A stretch of DNA of 36,347 nucleotides from Desulfobacterales bacterium (GCA_040771865.1 JAXGZF010000011.1:62001-98347); one strand, 5' to 3'. Positions 19,125-29,051 are shown, counted from the stretch's first letter. Program-made: numbers and translations. Notes: generated by a model from the sequence alone, not told the origin.

Positions 19125-20675
19125 ATGAACACTCATTCCAGTCGTCCGGGAAAAACCGCTTCCCAGAAAATGGGTCTGCTTTTAGGCCCCCTTCTTTTTG
19201 CCGTATTTTTGTTTCTGGATCTTGAACCCGGAAACCCGATCGTCACCCGGATGGCGGCCGTAGCCGTTCTCATGGCCACCTGGTGGATCACCGATGCCAT
19301 TCCCCTGGCAGCCACCGCGCTCCTTCCGATGATCCTCTATCCGTTGCTGGGCATTTTGAAGGCCAATTCAACGGCCCCGATTTACTTCAACAGCACGATT
19401 TTTCTTTTCATGGGAGGTTTTATCATCGCCCTGACCATGGAAAAGTGGAATCTTCACAAGCGGATTGCGCTCTGGATCATCCGGGTGGTCGGAGGCGGGC
19501 CGGCCAGAATCGTTCTGGGATTCATGATCGCTGCGGCCTTCCTGTCGATGTGGATATCCAACACGGCTACGGCCATCATGATGCTGCCCATCGGCATGGC
19601 GATCATCTATGAGATGGAAGCGAAATTTTCGCCCGCTCAGACGCACAACTTTACGGTGGCCCTGATGCTGGGCATTGCCTATGCCTGTTCGGTGGGAGGA
19701 CTGGCCACCATTGTCGGAACCCCGCCGAACCTCTCCTTTGTCCGCATATTTGAAATTACCTTCCCTCAGGCCGGCTCGATTACCTTTGGTCAGTGGATCC
19801 TGCTGGGGCTGCCTCTGGGCGTAAGCCTTCTGCTCATCATATGGATCCTGCTGACCAGGGTGTTTTTCCGAACTCCTGCGTTTCTGAAAATCGACCGCAG
19901 CGTTGTGGACAACCAGTACAAAGCGCTTGGTCATATGTCTTACGAGGAAAAGGCGGTGGGAGCGGTCTTCGCCATCACCGCCCTGCTCTGGGTATTCAGA
20001 GTCAAACTTCAGATCGGCGCCCTGAATATTCCGGGCTGGTCCCAGATGCTTCCCTTTCCGGAACTGGTCGACGACGGCAGTGTGGCGCTTCTGATGTCAA
20101 CCACCCTGTTTCTGATTCCAACCCGAAGCGTTGATGCGTCTTCGGCCACACTGACCGACGCGGAAGTCATCACCCGTCTGCCCTGGAACATCGTGCTGCT
20201 TTTCGGCGGCGGGTTTGCGCTGGCCAAGGGTTTTCAGGTGACCGGACTGGCCGCTCTGATCGGCAATAAATTTTCCACGCTGGCCGGCATTTCCCCCTAC
20301 CTGATGGTTATGGTGATCTGCACAAGCATCACCTTTTTAACCGAGCTGACCTCCAACACCGCCACGACGGAGATGATTCTGCCGATTCTGGCGTCGGTCG
20401 CAGTCGCCATGCGAATCAACCCTCTGATTCTGATGATTCCGGCCACGGTGTCCGCATCCTGCGCCTTTATGATGCCGGTCGCCACGCCCCCCAACGCCAT
20501 TGTCTTCGGAAGCGGCCGGATCAAGATCTCGGAAATGGCCAGAATCGGCCTGTGGATCAATCTGATCGGCGTGTTGGTTATCGCCGGCCTATTCTTTCTG
20601 GTCGGAACGACTCTTTTTTCCATCGATCTGAATTCATTACCGGTCTGGGCGAACTTCGCCGGCCAGGGAAGGTAA
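19125..20675 (+). CDS. SLC13/DASS sodium:dicarboxylate(sulfate) symporter
   Basis: WWITDAIPL..T.LLP, LSMWISNTAT, GTPPN, TELTSNTAT and AFMMPVATPPNAIVF. Confidence 0.95.
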   Translation: MNTHSSRPGKTASQKMGLLLGPLLFAVFLFLDLEPGNPIVTRMAAVAVLMATWWITDAIPLAATALLPMILYPLLGILKANSTAPIYFNSTIFLFMGGFIIALTMEKWNLHKRIALWIIRVVGGGPARIVLGFMIAAAFLSMWISNTATAIMMLPIGMAIIYEMEAKFSPAQTHNFTVALMLGIAYACSVGGLATIVGTPPNLSFVRIFEITFPQAGSITFGQWILLGLPLGVSLLLIIWILLTRVFFRTPAFLKIDRSVVDNQYKALGHMSYEEKAVGAVFAITALLWVFRVKLQIGALNIPGWSQMLPFPELVDDGSVALLMSTTLFLIPTRSVDASSATLTDAEVITRLPWNIVLLFGGGFALAKGFQVTGLAALIGNKFSTLAGISPYLMVMVICTSITFLTELTSNTATTEMILPILASVAVAMRINPLILMIPATVSASCAFMMPVATPPNAIVFGSGRIKISEMARIGLWINLIGVLVIAGLFFLVGTTLFSIDLNSLPVWANFAGQGR

Positions 20676-20695
20676 ACCGAAACAAGGAAAACGTC

Positions 20696-21928
20696 ATGAA
20701 TCCTTCAGGATTTCGCGTTGTCAATCGCATCCTGCCCGCGATTGCATTTTTACTGGCATTATGTCTTGCCGCGCCCTTCATCGCCGGTCCGCCTGCGGAC
20801 AAGCAGGCGACTGTCAGCATCGGCGCCCTTGTCCCGCTGAGCGGCAATTTTCAGAGTTTCGGCGTTGTCATGAAAAATGCGATGCTGCTGGCTCAAGAAA
20901 CAGTCAATCAGGAGGGGGGGATTCACGGAAGGCCGCTGCATGTTATTTTTGCCGATACACAGGGCCGGGCTTCCCTTGCAGAATCGGTGGTCAAGGATCT
21001 TGCCGAGAATCAAAAGGCGGTTATGCTGGTCGGCGGATATTCCAGCGATGCCACTTTCAGCCTGGCAAAGTCCGCCGAACGGCGCGACGTTCCCTTTGTG
21101 GTCTGCACGGCTTCGGCGGATCGAATCACCCGAATGGGATGGAAGAACATCTATCGGATCAATCCACCCATCAGCGAATACACGCAGGGGCTGGAGGATT
21201 TCTGGATCAAGGAATTCCGCCCGAAATCGATCGCCATCATCTATGAAAACAGCATGTTCGGCACGGACGGCGCCAGACGCATGATTGAGTTCTGCCGGGA
21301 AAACGCCATTGAGCTTCGGGCGAATATCCCCTACGATAAAACCATGACCCGACCGGCGTATTTCCGTTCGCTGATCGCGCCGTTGACCCTGGATCCGCCG
21401 GAAGTCATCTACATGATCTCTTATCTGGAAGACGCCGTCATGCTGGTCAGACAGATTCGGGCAGTCAAAATCGACTCGCTTCTGTGCGGCGATGCGGGCG
21501 GTTTCACCCTGAACGAGTTCATTGAAAAAACCGGTCAGGATGCGGAAGGCCTTCTGACCACGACCCTCTGGTCAAAGCATCTGCCATATTCCGGAGCCGC
21601 CGATTTTCACGAAAACTACCTCAAGCGGTTCAATGATACGCCGGATTATCACGCAGCCGAAGCTTACGCCGCTGTTCGGGTCGCAGCCGATGCCCTGAAA
21701 CGGGCCGACAGACATTCGCCTCAGGCGATCCGCATGGCCCTGAATCAGACCGTCCTGGCAACGCCCTTTGGTCCGGTCAAGTTCTACAACTATCATCTCT
21801 ATGAAAGACAGAACAGCATTCGGACCCTGGTGCTTCAAATCATCAACGGCAAATTTACCCTGATCTGGCCGCCTGAGTTCGCTGAATCCAGTTTCATTCC
21901 GCCGGCGGCACTCCGTGCGTTGGATTGA
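20696..21928 (+). CDS. Branched-chain amino acid type ABC substrate-binding protein
   Basis: N-terminal hydrophobic segment, IG.L.PLSG, N..GGI.GR.L.V...D and GGYSS. AAGGA RBS precedes ATG 20696. Confidence 0.9.
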   Translation: MNPSGFRVVNRILPAIAFLLALCLAAPFIAGPPADKQATVSIGALVPLSGNFQSFGVVMKNAMLLAQETVNQEGGIHGRPLHVIFADTQGRASLAESVVKDLAENQKAVMLVGGYSSDATFSLAKSAERRDVPFVVCTASADRITRMGWKNIYRINPPISEYTQGLEDFWIKEFRPKSIAIIYENSMFGTDGARRMIEFCRENAIELRANIPYDKTMTRPAYFRSLIAPLTLDPPEVIYMISYLEDAVMLVRQIRAVKIDSLLCGDAGGFTLNEFIEKTGQDAEGLLTTTLWSKHLPYSGAADFHENYLKRFNDTPDYHAAEAYAAVRVAADALKRADRHSPQAIRMALNQTVLATPFGPVKFYNYHLYERQNSIRTLVLQIINGKFTLIWPPEFAESSFIPPAALRALD

Positions 21929-22258
21929 ACCCGGCCAAGAAATTTGACTTCTGAACAAAGGCCGCAATGCCGAGGCGCTTGAGAAGCGCGCCTTCCTGAC
22001 GATACAGGAAAACCGGCGCCTTGTGGCGGGAAACGACTGCTTCGATTTCGGCTTTCAAGTATTTCTCCTGAAGCCTGCACGTTGCGGACGCGGCGCTCAC
22101 CCAAGAAACATCGCATTATCTCAAGAAATTCCATGTTTTTATTGTCGTTGATAAAACGATGAAAAAATCTTATAAAAAACGCATAAGCACTCAAACAGGG
22201 GGTGTTGGTATATTGAGTTGCGAATCCACACATAACCTTTGACGCAAGGAAGGCAATT

Positions 22259-22828
22259 ATGAAACGGATTCTTTATCAATTGGGCCTTGTAGTGGGATTG
22301 CTGTTCATCTTGCTGTTCGCGGCCGGAACGGCGACCGCACAAAAACCCTCATGGGACGACGGAGGCAAAAAAGGCAAGATGTCCAAAAAGACAGAGTCTC
22401 CGGACCCGCAACGGATGCAGCCGGAAGACCGGCGTCAGGAAACCCGCCATCAACAGGAGTACAGGCACTCAGGCCCTCCGCAAGAGGACCGCCATGGCGA
22501 CAGCAGACAGCCGAGATTTTTCACGGGCTACGACCGTTCTCCCATCGATCTCTACTATGCGGATCAGTATCGCCGCGGCAAGTGTCCTCCGGGGCTGGCC
22601 AAAAAAGGCAATCAATGCATGCCCCCGGGCCAGGCTAAAAAATGGAGGCTGAATCATCCCCTGCCCCGGGAGGTGATCTTCTACGATCTGCCTCAGGAAG
22701 TCCTGGTGCACCTCGGACCGCCGCCGGCCGGACACCGTTTCGTGCGCGTGGCTCAGGATATTCTGCTGATCGCCGTGGGCACGGGCATGGTCATCGACGC
22801 CATCGAGGATCTGGGTCGAATCTACTGA
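22259..22828 (+). CDS. RcnB-like periplasmic protein
   Basis: Signal peptide, low-complexity linker and CPPGLAKK...CMPPGQAKKW...GPPP.G.R.VRV..DILLI..GTG.V.DAI. Confidence 0.75.
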   Translation: MKRILYQLGLVVGLLFILLFAAGTATAQKPSWDDGGKKGKMSKKTESPDPQRMQPEDRRQETRHQQEYRHSGPPQEDRHGDSRQPRFFTGYDRSPIDLYYADQYRRGKCPPGLAKKGNQCMPPGQAKKWRLNHPLPREVIFYDLPQEVLVHLGPPPAGHRFVRVAQDILLIAVGTGMVIDAIEDLGRIY

Positions 22829-22858
22829 TCGCGCCAAGCAGATCCACATTTCTTCAAC

Positions 22859-23029
22859 GCCGACCGTCTTTCCTTAATTCTTTGTGAGAATCAGAAATAT
22901 GGTTCGAATCGCATCCTGTTTTCATGAAGCCCGCTTTCGGCATTCGAAAGCGGGCTTCATGCCTGATTTCGCGGGTCATTTTTAAGTGAACGGATTTTTA
23001 TTTCAACAGGTTCGCCTTGTCAGGCCCCC
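22859..23029 (-). repeat. Family C repeat, copy R1 (diverged), with a 17-bp perfect hairpin at 22923-22961
   Basis: Collinear with R2-R6. Hairpin CATGAAGCCCGCTTTCG-GCATT-CGAAAGCGGGCTTCATG; shares TTTATTTCAACAGGTTCGC with R6. Confidence 0.75.
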
Positions 23030-24942
23030 TTACCCTTCGGTTCAAGCCGGCATGTCGATGTTGTGAAAACGTCTTTATCGACGCGTTCCAGACACCGCCA
23101 TCCCGTCCGGCTTAAAAATTCGCCGGCCGCATCGACCTCGGGTTCAAAAACAAAAAAGCAGACCTCATCCTCTTGTTTAAATCGCGTGCGGTCTCCAACC
23201 GGTGACAGAACGCCGTTTCGGCGCACCGCAACGGCGATCAAACCGTTTCCGGAATAACCGGCCGTAGGGCCGGCTTCGGCGTCGCCGGACGGCTCGGACA
23301 CGCATTGCCACCGCTGAAGATGGACCTGTTTGGATTTGAAGCGACGATTCCAGACCTCCACATCGACCGGCACGCTGAAAATGAGTTCGGCTGCGGATTG
23401 ATGCAGCATCCGGGTTGTCAGAGACCCCGTGTCGGTCTTCAGAGCGGCCCAGAGGGAAACCATCCTGGACTCTTCCTTCACTTTCTGAATGAACAGGTAG
23501 TTCACCTCGTCATTGGCGGTGAGCCCCAACGCGCCGCGGCGAATGTCTATTTCCGCCCGCAGCAGGCTTCTGGACTCAAGACCGTTGCCGTATATGACGC
23601 GGGTGCAGTCGTTTTCAGCCGCCGTGCAATGGTCCGCATTGGAGTCGATGAAAACGACCTCCTGACCGTCTTCCTTGAACAATCTGGCCAAACCGCGCGC
23701 CAGTGAGTTGGCGCCGAGAATGACCCAGCCTGACTGGCTGGGACGCAGCAACCCCAATAAGCCCGCCACGAAGCCGCCGGTAAGACCGGCGAACACGACG
23801 GTCACGGCAATCACCAGGAAAACCAGAGCTCGCAATTCGTAGCCGCCGGCCAGCCCCTTTTCGTTAAAGGCGGCGGCAAAAAAGGAAGCCACGGCCGCGG
23901 CCACAATCCCCCGGGGACCGATCCAGGCGATGAAAAAGCGCTCCTTCCAGTTCAGCCCGGCGAAACCGGTTCCGGCAAACACGGCCGCCGGACGGACCAG
24001 GAACATCAATGCCAGAACAACCCACATCGCAGGACGGCCGAGACCGGCGACCTGATCCAGGCGCACATCGGCGGCCAGCAGAACAAAGAGCATGCCGATC
24101 AACAGAACGGTCAGCTCCTCCTTGAATTCCACCAGATCCCGCAATGCGTAAGTGCTGAAATTGCCGATGATGATGCCGGCCATCGTCACGGCGGCGATGC
24201 CGCTTTCCGGAAGAATTGTGTTGCTGCCCTGAAAAAGGGCCAGAACGGCGGCCAGCGTGAACACGTTCTCGGTCCCTTCCGGAATCAACCGCCTGACCCG
24301 GTAAAGCGAAATCAACAAAAAACCAACCGCAACGCCGCACAGTGCGCCGAAACCGAGACGGGAAACGACGTGCCAGCCCCATACCAGCAATGTGCCGCGG
24401 GCGGGACTCAGAACCGCTTCGAGGACCACCGTGGCCACGACCGCGCCGAGAGCGTCGATCAGAACGCCTTCGGCCTCCAGCACCGTGGCTACCGATCGTT
24501 TGACCCGCAACCGTTTCAACAACGGGTTGATCACGGTGGGGCCGGTCACCATGACCAGGGTGCCGAAAAGGAGCGCGTTTTTCCAGGGCCAGTGCATGAT
24601 AAAATGCACGGATGCGGCGGCGCCGGCAACCGTCAACAGGCCGCCGAGGAGAATCAACTGCCGGATGGAGCGCTGGGCGCGTTTCAGGCGTCTGAATTCA
24701 AGGTTGAGCCCGCCTTCGAAAAGAATGACGGCCACGGCGAACCCGGTCAGAATGTTCAGGGCCGTGCCGAGGCTCTCCGGACGAATGAGGTTCGCGCCGT
24801 CCGGACCCAGGGCGACTCCGGCGGCCAGCAGCAGGACGATGCCCGGAATGCGCAGGTGGTGCGCCAGAGCCTGCGCGATCATGCCCATGGCCAGCGCCAG
24901 GGCAATGGTCAGACCCGGATGATTGAAAACGGACGGCTCCAT
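23020..24942 (-). CDS. CPA1 (NhaP-type) cation:proton antiporter with C-terminal TrkA-N-like domain
   Basis: PGIVLLL..G..LGP, VILFEGGL.L, TGPTVI.PLL, LE.EGVLID and GPRGIVAAAV, followed by soluble ILGAN..AR...IDSN. Confidence 0.92.
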   Translation of the reverse strand: MEPSVFNHPGLTIALALAMGMIAQALAHHLRIPGIVLLLAAGVALGPDGANLIRPESLGTALNILTGFAVAVILFEGGLNLEFRRLKRAQRSIRQLILLGGLLTVAGAAASVHFIMHWPWKNALLFGTLVMVTGPTVINPLLKRLRVKRSVATVLEAEGVLIDALGAVVATVVLEAVLSPARGTLLVWGWHVVSRLGFGALCGVAVGFLLISLYRVRRLIPEGTENVFTLAAVLALFQGSNTILPESGIAAVTMAGIIIGNFSTYALRDLVEFKEELTVLLIGMLFVLLAADVRLDQVAGLGRPAMWVVLALMFLVRPAAVFAGTGFAGLNWKERFFIAWIGPRGIVAAAVASFFAAAFNEKGLAGGYELRALVFLVIAVTVVFAGLTGGFVAGLLGLLRPSQSGWVILGANSLARGLARLFKEDGQEVVFIDSNADHCTAAENDCTRVIYGNGLESRSLLRAEIDIRRGALGLTANDEVNYLFIQKVKEESRMVSLWAALKTDTGSLTTRMLHQSAAELIFSVPVDVEVWNRRFKSKQVHLQRWQCVSEPSGDAEAGPTAGYSGNGLIAVAVRRNGVLSPVGDRTRFKQEDEVCFFVFEPEVDAAGEFLSRTGWRCLERVDKDVFTTSTCRLEPKGKGA

Positions 24943-25023
24943 GGAATTGATTCGATCCTGTTTCCCGGCCCGTCTTGAAACACGCGGGCGTTGCCAATGC
25001 CTGTCTACGGGCTTTCAACATAC

Positions 25024-25058
25024 CATAAATACAAGAGAACCGCTATTGATATGCGCCG
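25024..25058 (-). promoter_or_regulatory. Shared upstream motif (copy before the antiporter)
   Basis: 26/35 identical without gaps to 27533-27567; followed on the minus strand by TGG-TATGTT (extended -10-like). Confidence 0.55.
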
Positions 25059-25236
25059 TTGCCGCTATTTTTTAAAACCCGGTCGGTTTCATTGTCTAGG
25101 ATTGCATCCCGTTTTTTTTCGGTTTGTTTCCGGCACCCGCAGGTGCGTCATGACGCCTTGTTCCGCGGAACATTTTAAAGTCAACTTTTTTCAATGCGCG
25201 GCGGCCTTCTGTCCGGCGCCCGGCATCTTCCTGTAA

Positions 25237-25379
25237 GAGGGTGTTGAAAAACAAGAATCAGGCCGTCAGGCAAGGCGCGCGGCGATGCGACAAGCGCAGC
25301 ATATTCAAGCATATGTGAGCATTGGCGAAAGCCGCGCAACGCTGAATGGCGGCCTCAGGCGCAGTTTTTCAACAGCCTG
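25237..25379 (+). mobile_element. 143-bp MITE, family A, copy 5
   Basis: Same body, first base G instead of C; GTAA duplicated on both sides. Confidence 0.9.
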
Positions 25380-25390
25380 GTAAACGAGGC

Positions 25391-26047
25391 TCACTGAAGC
25401 TCCTTGATCTCTTTCAGATCCGCCTCTTTGCCTAACATCACAAGAACATCGCTGCCCTTGACGGTGAAATCGGGGCTAGGCACCATAACGAACCGCCCCG
25501 GAACCAGCTCTTTGACGGCGATGATATTGATCTCGTAGCGCCTGCGCAGATCCAGATCACTGAGCGACTTGCCGATGAAAGACGGGGGCGCGTTGACCTG
25601 GGCGATGGTATAATCTTCCGCCAGGGGCAGAAACTCCAGAATGTTGGGTGAGGTCAGCCGCAGGGCCAGGCCTTCGGCCATATCCATGCTGGGCCGAATG
25701 ATCTCCGTGGCGCCCAGCTGTTTCAGGATCTCTCCGTGATCGTCATCCTCGGCCTTGACGATGATGCGCTTGATCCCCAGACGGCTGAGGTGGAAGCAGA
25801 TCAGGATGCTGGGCTTGATATTTTCACCCGTGCTCACGATGACGGCGTCCATCTCATCGAGTCCCAGCGCTTTGAGCGCCTTGATGTCGGTTACGTCCTG
25901 CACGATGGCGCTGGTGCAATAAGGCTCGATGGCCTGCACCCGCTCCTTGTTGCGATCAATGGCGATCACCTCGTTTTCGTTTTCATACAGTGCTTTGGCT
26001 ACATAGTATCCGAAGCTCCCGGTACCGATAACGGCAAATCGTTTCAT
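25391..26047 (-). CDS. ktrA: KtrA/TrkA potassium uptake regulatory (RCK) subunit
   Basis: FAVIG.GSFG..VA..L...EVIAID Rossmann motif, GATEIIRP and a C-terminal RCK-C domain. Confidence 0.9.
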   Translation of the reverse strand: MKRFAVIGTGSFGYYVAKALYENENEVIAIDRNKERVQAIEPYCTSAIVQDVTDIKALKALGLDEMDAVIVSTGENIKPSILICFHLSRLGIKRIIVKAEDDDHGEILKQLGATEIIRPSMDMAEGLALRLTSPNILEFLPLAEDYTIAQVNAPPSFIGKSLSDLDLRRRYEINIIAVKELVPGRFVMVPSPDFTVKGSDVLVMLGKEADLKEIKELQ

Positions 26048-26065
26048 GGCTGCCTCACGCTTTGC

Positions 26066-27430
26066 TTATCCGATCATCATGTTCTCCTCGGCGTACTGAA
26101 TGCCTCTCGTCGAACCTCCCCCCGCGATAATGTAGGTAAAGGCCGGAACTCCCACCCGGCCGACGATCATCAACCCGATGATTACGAGTTTTCCGGACAG
26201 GGTCAACACCGGGGTGACGCCCATGGAGAGGCCCACCGTCCCGAAGGCCGAAACCGTTTCAAAGAGAAAGCTTAAAAATTGACGATTCCCCTGTATGCGC
26301 ACGCCGTGATCCGGATCGATGAACAGAATCGCAAAGACGGCGATACAGATGACGGCCAGCGAAAAAACCAGCACGGAAATGCTCTTGGTGACCGTCTCGT
26401 CCGGAACGGTCTTGCCGAAGAGATTCACGCATTTGCAGCGTATCAGGCGGCTCCAGGAAAAAGCGGTCAGCACGGCGAATGTCGTCGTCTTGATGCCGCC
26501 TCCGCAAGACCCCGGGGAGGCGCCCACCAGCATCAGAAACATCATGAACAGCAGGGTGGCCGTATTCAGGGAGGCAATATTCAGGGTATTGAACCCGGCG
26601 GTACGGCAGGTCACGGATTGAAATGCCGCGGCCAGAAGTCCCTTGCCCCATCCCAGAGTGGGGAGCAGAGTCCGTTCGGATACCAGGATCACCAGGATGC
26701 CGGCCAGGGTCAGCCCGATGCTTGCCGCGATCACGCTTTTGGTCTGAATCGACACCTTGCCGGTTTCCCGCGAAACAGCGCGGCGGTAGAACTCATAAAC
26801 CACCGGGAAACCGATGCCGCCCAGAATGATCAAACCGCACACCGTCAAATTTAAGACCACGGACGACCGGCCGGCCATCAGACTGTCGCTGAATTGCGAA
26901 AAACCGGCATTGCAAAAAGCGGAAACGGAATGGAAAACGGCCTTGTAAATCGCCTCGCCAGGCGGGAAGGCGGAGCGCCAGTAAAAAAACAGGATCACGG
27001 CGCCCACGGCTTCGATCGAAAGCGTAAAAATCAGCACCGAGCGGATCAGTGAATATATATCCTCCCGCGGCGTATGGGAAAACACCTCCTGCATCGCCAT
27101 GCGCTGCTGAAACACCACCTTTTTGCCGATGATCTGAAACAGAGCCACTGAAATCGTCATGATCCCCAATCCGCCGATCTGAATCAGAAAGAGGATCACC
27201 CCCTGGCCGAATGCAGTGAAACAGGAACCGGTATCCACCACGATCAGTCCGGTTACGCACACGGCGGAGGTCGCCGTAAACAATGCGTCGATCGCGCCGA
27301 TGCAACCACTTGCCGTGGCGGCCGGCAGCATCAGAGCCGATGTGCCGGCGGCAATGGCCGCCAGGTAGCTCATGAACAGCAGGCTGGTGGGATGCATTCG
27401 ATTTAAGCGGCTTTGTAGCCAGTTGGACAT
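26066..27430 (-). CDS. ktrB: KtrB/TrkH potassium uptake membrane subunit
   Basis: FTATSAVCVTGL, SAFCNAGF, RTAGF, PGSCGGGIKTTT and SAFGTVGLSMG pore loops. Confidence 0.93.
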   Translation of the reverse strand: MSNWLQSRLNRMHPTSLLFMSYLAAIAAGTSALMLPAATASGCIGAIDALFTATSAVCVTGLIVVDTGSCFTAFGQGVILFLIQIGGLGIMTISVALFQIIGKKVVFQQRMAMQEVFSHTPREDIYSLIRSVLIFTLSIEAVGAVILFFYWRSAFPPGEAIYKAVFHSVSAFCNAGFSQFSDSLMAGRSSVVLNLTVCGLIILGGIGFPVVYEFYRRAVSRETGKVSIQTKSVIAASIGLTLAGILVILVSERTLLPTLGWGKGLLAAAFQSVTCRTAGFNTLNIASLNTATLLFMMFLMLVGASPGSCGGGIKTTTFAVLTAFSWSRLIRCKCVNLFGKTVPDETVTKSISVLVFSLAVICIAVFAILFIDPDHGVRIQGNRQFLSFLFETVSAFGTVGLSMGVTPVLTLSGKLVIIGLMIVGRVGVPAFTYIIAGGGSTRGIQYAEENMMIG

Positions 27431-27532
27431 TTGGTCTCACTATCCACATTCGTTGTTTGCGACTTCGGCCTTCTTCCGGGTCTTTTCATAAACCTCCCTG
27501 AATAGATGCCTGCTTGCCGCCTATCGGAATAG

Positions 27533-27567
27533 CACAAATACTTGTAAAAGGCGATTGATATGCACCG
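27533..27567 (-). promoter_or_regulatory. Shared upstream motif (copy before ktrB)
   Basis: CAYAAATAC-N9-GCKATTGATATGCRCCG on the + strand, matching 25024-25058. Confidence 0.55.
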
Positions 27568-27643
27568 GCACCGTTGTCCTTTTATAAATCTTCTCTGATC
27601 GTGCGATTGCTGCGGATTCAGCCGGACGGTCCGCTTCCGAACC

Positions 27644-27744
27644 GCCGGCCGACTTTCCCTGGTTCTTTGTGAATTTCAGAAATACGGTTCGAATCGCACC
27701 CTGTTTTCATGAAGCCCGTTTTCGGCATTCGAAAGCGGGCTTCA
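27644..27744 (-). repeat. Family C repeat, copy R2 (partial; cut off by a MITE variant)
   Basis: About 100 bp closely matching 22859-22959, including the GAAGCCCG...CGGGCTTC hairpin. Confidence 0.8.
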
Positions 27745-27745
27745 A

Positions 27746-27854
27746 CAGCAGGATGTTGAAAACAAGAATCAGGGCGTCAGACAAGGCGCAGCAAGCATGC
27801 GCGAGAAGCCGCGCAACGCCGCATGGCGGCCTTGGCGCGGCTTTCAACGCCCTG
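27746..27854 (+). mobile_element. Short diverged variant of MITE family A
   Basis: CAGGATGTTGAAAACAAGAATCAGG...GCCGCGCAACGCC...TTTCAACGCCCTG; central hairpin missing; TCAA on both flanks if the left end is taken at 27746. Confidence 0.75.
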
Positions 27855-29051
27855 TCAAGCCTTGAATGCATTGACCCCTTCATTCCAGGCCTCCATCATG
27901 CGTTCACCGATTTCGCGAAACTCCGGGTGGTCGGCAATATAGCCGGGAATCAGCGCCCGGGTCTCGGTCACGGCCTGGGCCATCCGGTCGATGATGCCGG
28001 CAGCCGTTGCCGGCGGCAGCGAAAGATGGGCCACGGAAAAGCGATCCAGCAGCTTGCGCGGCCACCACTTCCTGGTTCCCGCAAGCGTCAGGGCAGGAAC
28101 GTCGTTTCGAATATAGGCCGTGGTTGTCACCAGATCATAAACCGGCGCCAGTTCGACCATGCCCATGGGGTCTGCGTACAGCACGCCGAAGTTTTTCAAA
28201 TGCGCGTCGCCGTTTCGCAGCATGACCGACAACGCCAGGGTGGAAAAGAACTGTTCCCTGGCGGTCTTCAGGCAGGGCCCGGAAACAAACTCCCGAATCG
28301 TTTTGGCCGCGCGTTCATAGCTGCCAGAGTATTTCTGAGAGGTTCCCAGGGCCTGAAGGCTGCACATGTCTTCAAAGCCGATGGAGTCTCCGTCGGAAGT
28401 AACGTCAAATCGGCGCATAATGAAAAGACCGCCGTTATTCGAAAGAAAGAAATCCGGGGTCGGCAGTCCGGCGCGTCGGGCCGCCGTCATGCAGAAATAC
28501 TCGTTGGCGGCCAGAAACGGGTAATCAGCGCCCCACGACTTGACGATATAACCTGCCGAAGCCAGAGTGCTCCGTTCGGATGCCTCCAGCAGCACCTTGG
28601 GCTGAACGCCGGATATGCCGGAACGCAGGGCATACCTGTCCACGAGTTCATGAAACAGTTCCGCGGCGTCGGGATAGGCAAGCAGCTCATCCAGAGACTC
28701 AGGCGTTTCGGAAACGCGCGGGAATGAATCGCCGGAAAGCGCGAACCGGTTTCTCCCCACCTGATTTCCGCCCGTTACCCGCAGAATGGACAGATCATCC
28801 TCGCCGATGATCTTGGCAATGGCCCTGCGAATGGCATCCAGCAGGGCGCCCTCCGGAAGGTTCATCTGGAAGACGGGATGCAGTTCGCGGCTGACCCAGC
28901 TCTCAATCCGCACCGGCATGGTCAGGGACACCTGAGCATCAGCGCTTGCATCCGGTTCATAGGCAAACACGTATTTCTGCTGCCGCTCACGGGCCAGAAG
29001 CCCGGAACGCCGGTTGCCCGACCACACGGAAAGGGAGGAAACGCCCGGCAT
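27855..29051 (-). CDS. hipA: HipA-family Ser/Thr kinase toxin
   Basis: N-terminal F.Y...VSLTMP, GISGVQPK Gly-loop, NEYFCM, FEDMC, NGDAHLKNF and LAPVYD. Confidence 0.93.
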   Translation of the reverse strand: MPGVSSLSVWSGNRRSGLLARERQQKYVFAYEPDASADAQVSLTMPVRIESWVSRELHPVFQMNLPEGALLDAIRRAIAKIIGEDDLSILRVTGGNQVGRNRFALSGDSFPRVSETPESLDELLAYPDAAELFHELVDRYALRSGISGVQPKVLLEASERSTLASAGYIVKSWGADYPFLAANEYFCMTAARRAGLPTPDFFLSNNGGLFIMRRFDVTSDGDSIGFEDMCSLQALGTSQKYSGSYERAAKTIREFVSGPCLKTAREQFFSTLALSVMLRNGDAHLKNFGVLYADPMGMVELAPVYDLVTTTAYIRNDVPALTLAGTRKWWPRKLLDRFSVAHLSLPPATAAGIIDRMAQAVTETRALIPGYIADHPEFREIGERMMEAWNEGVNAFKA

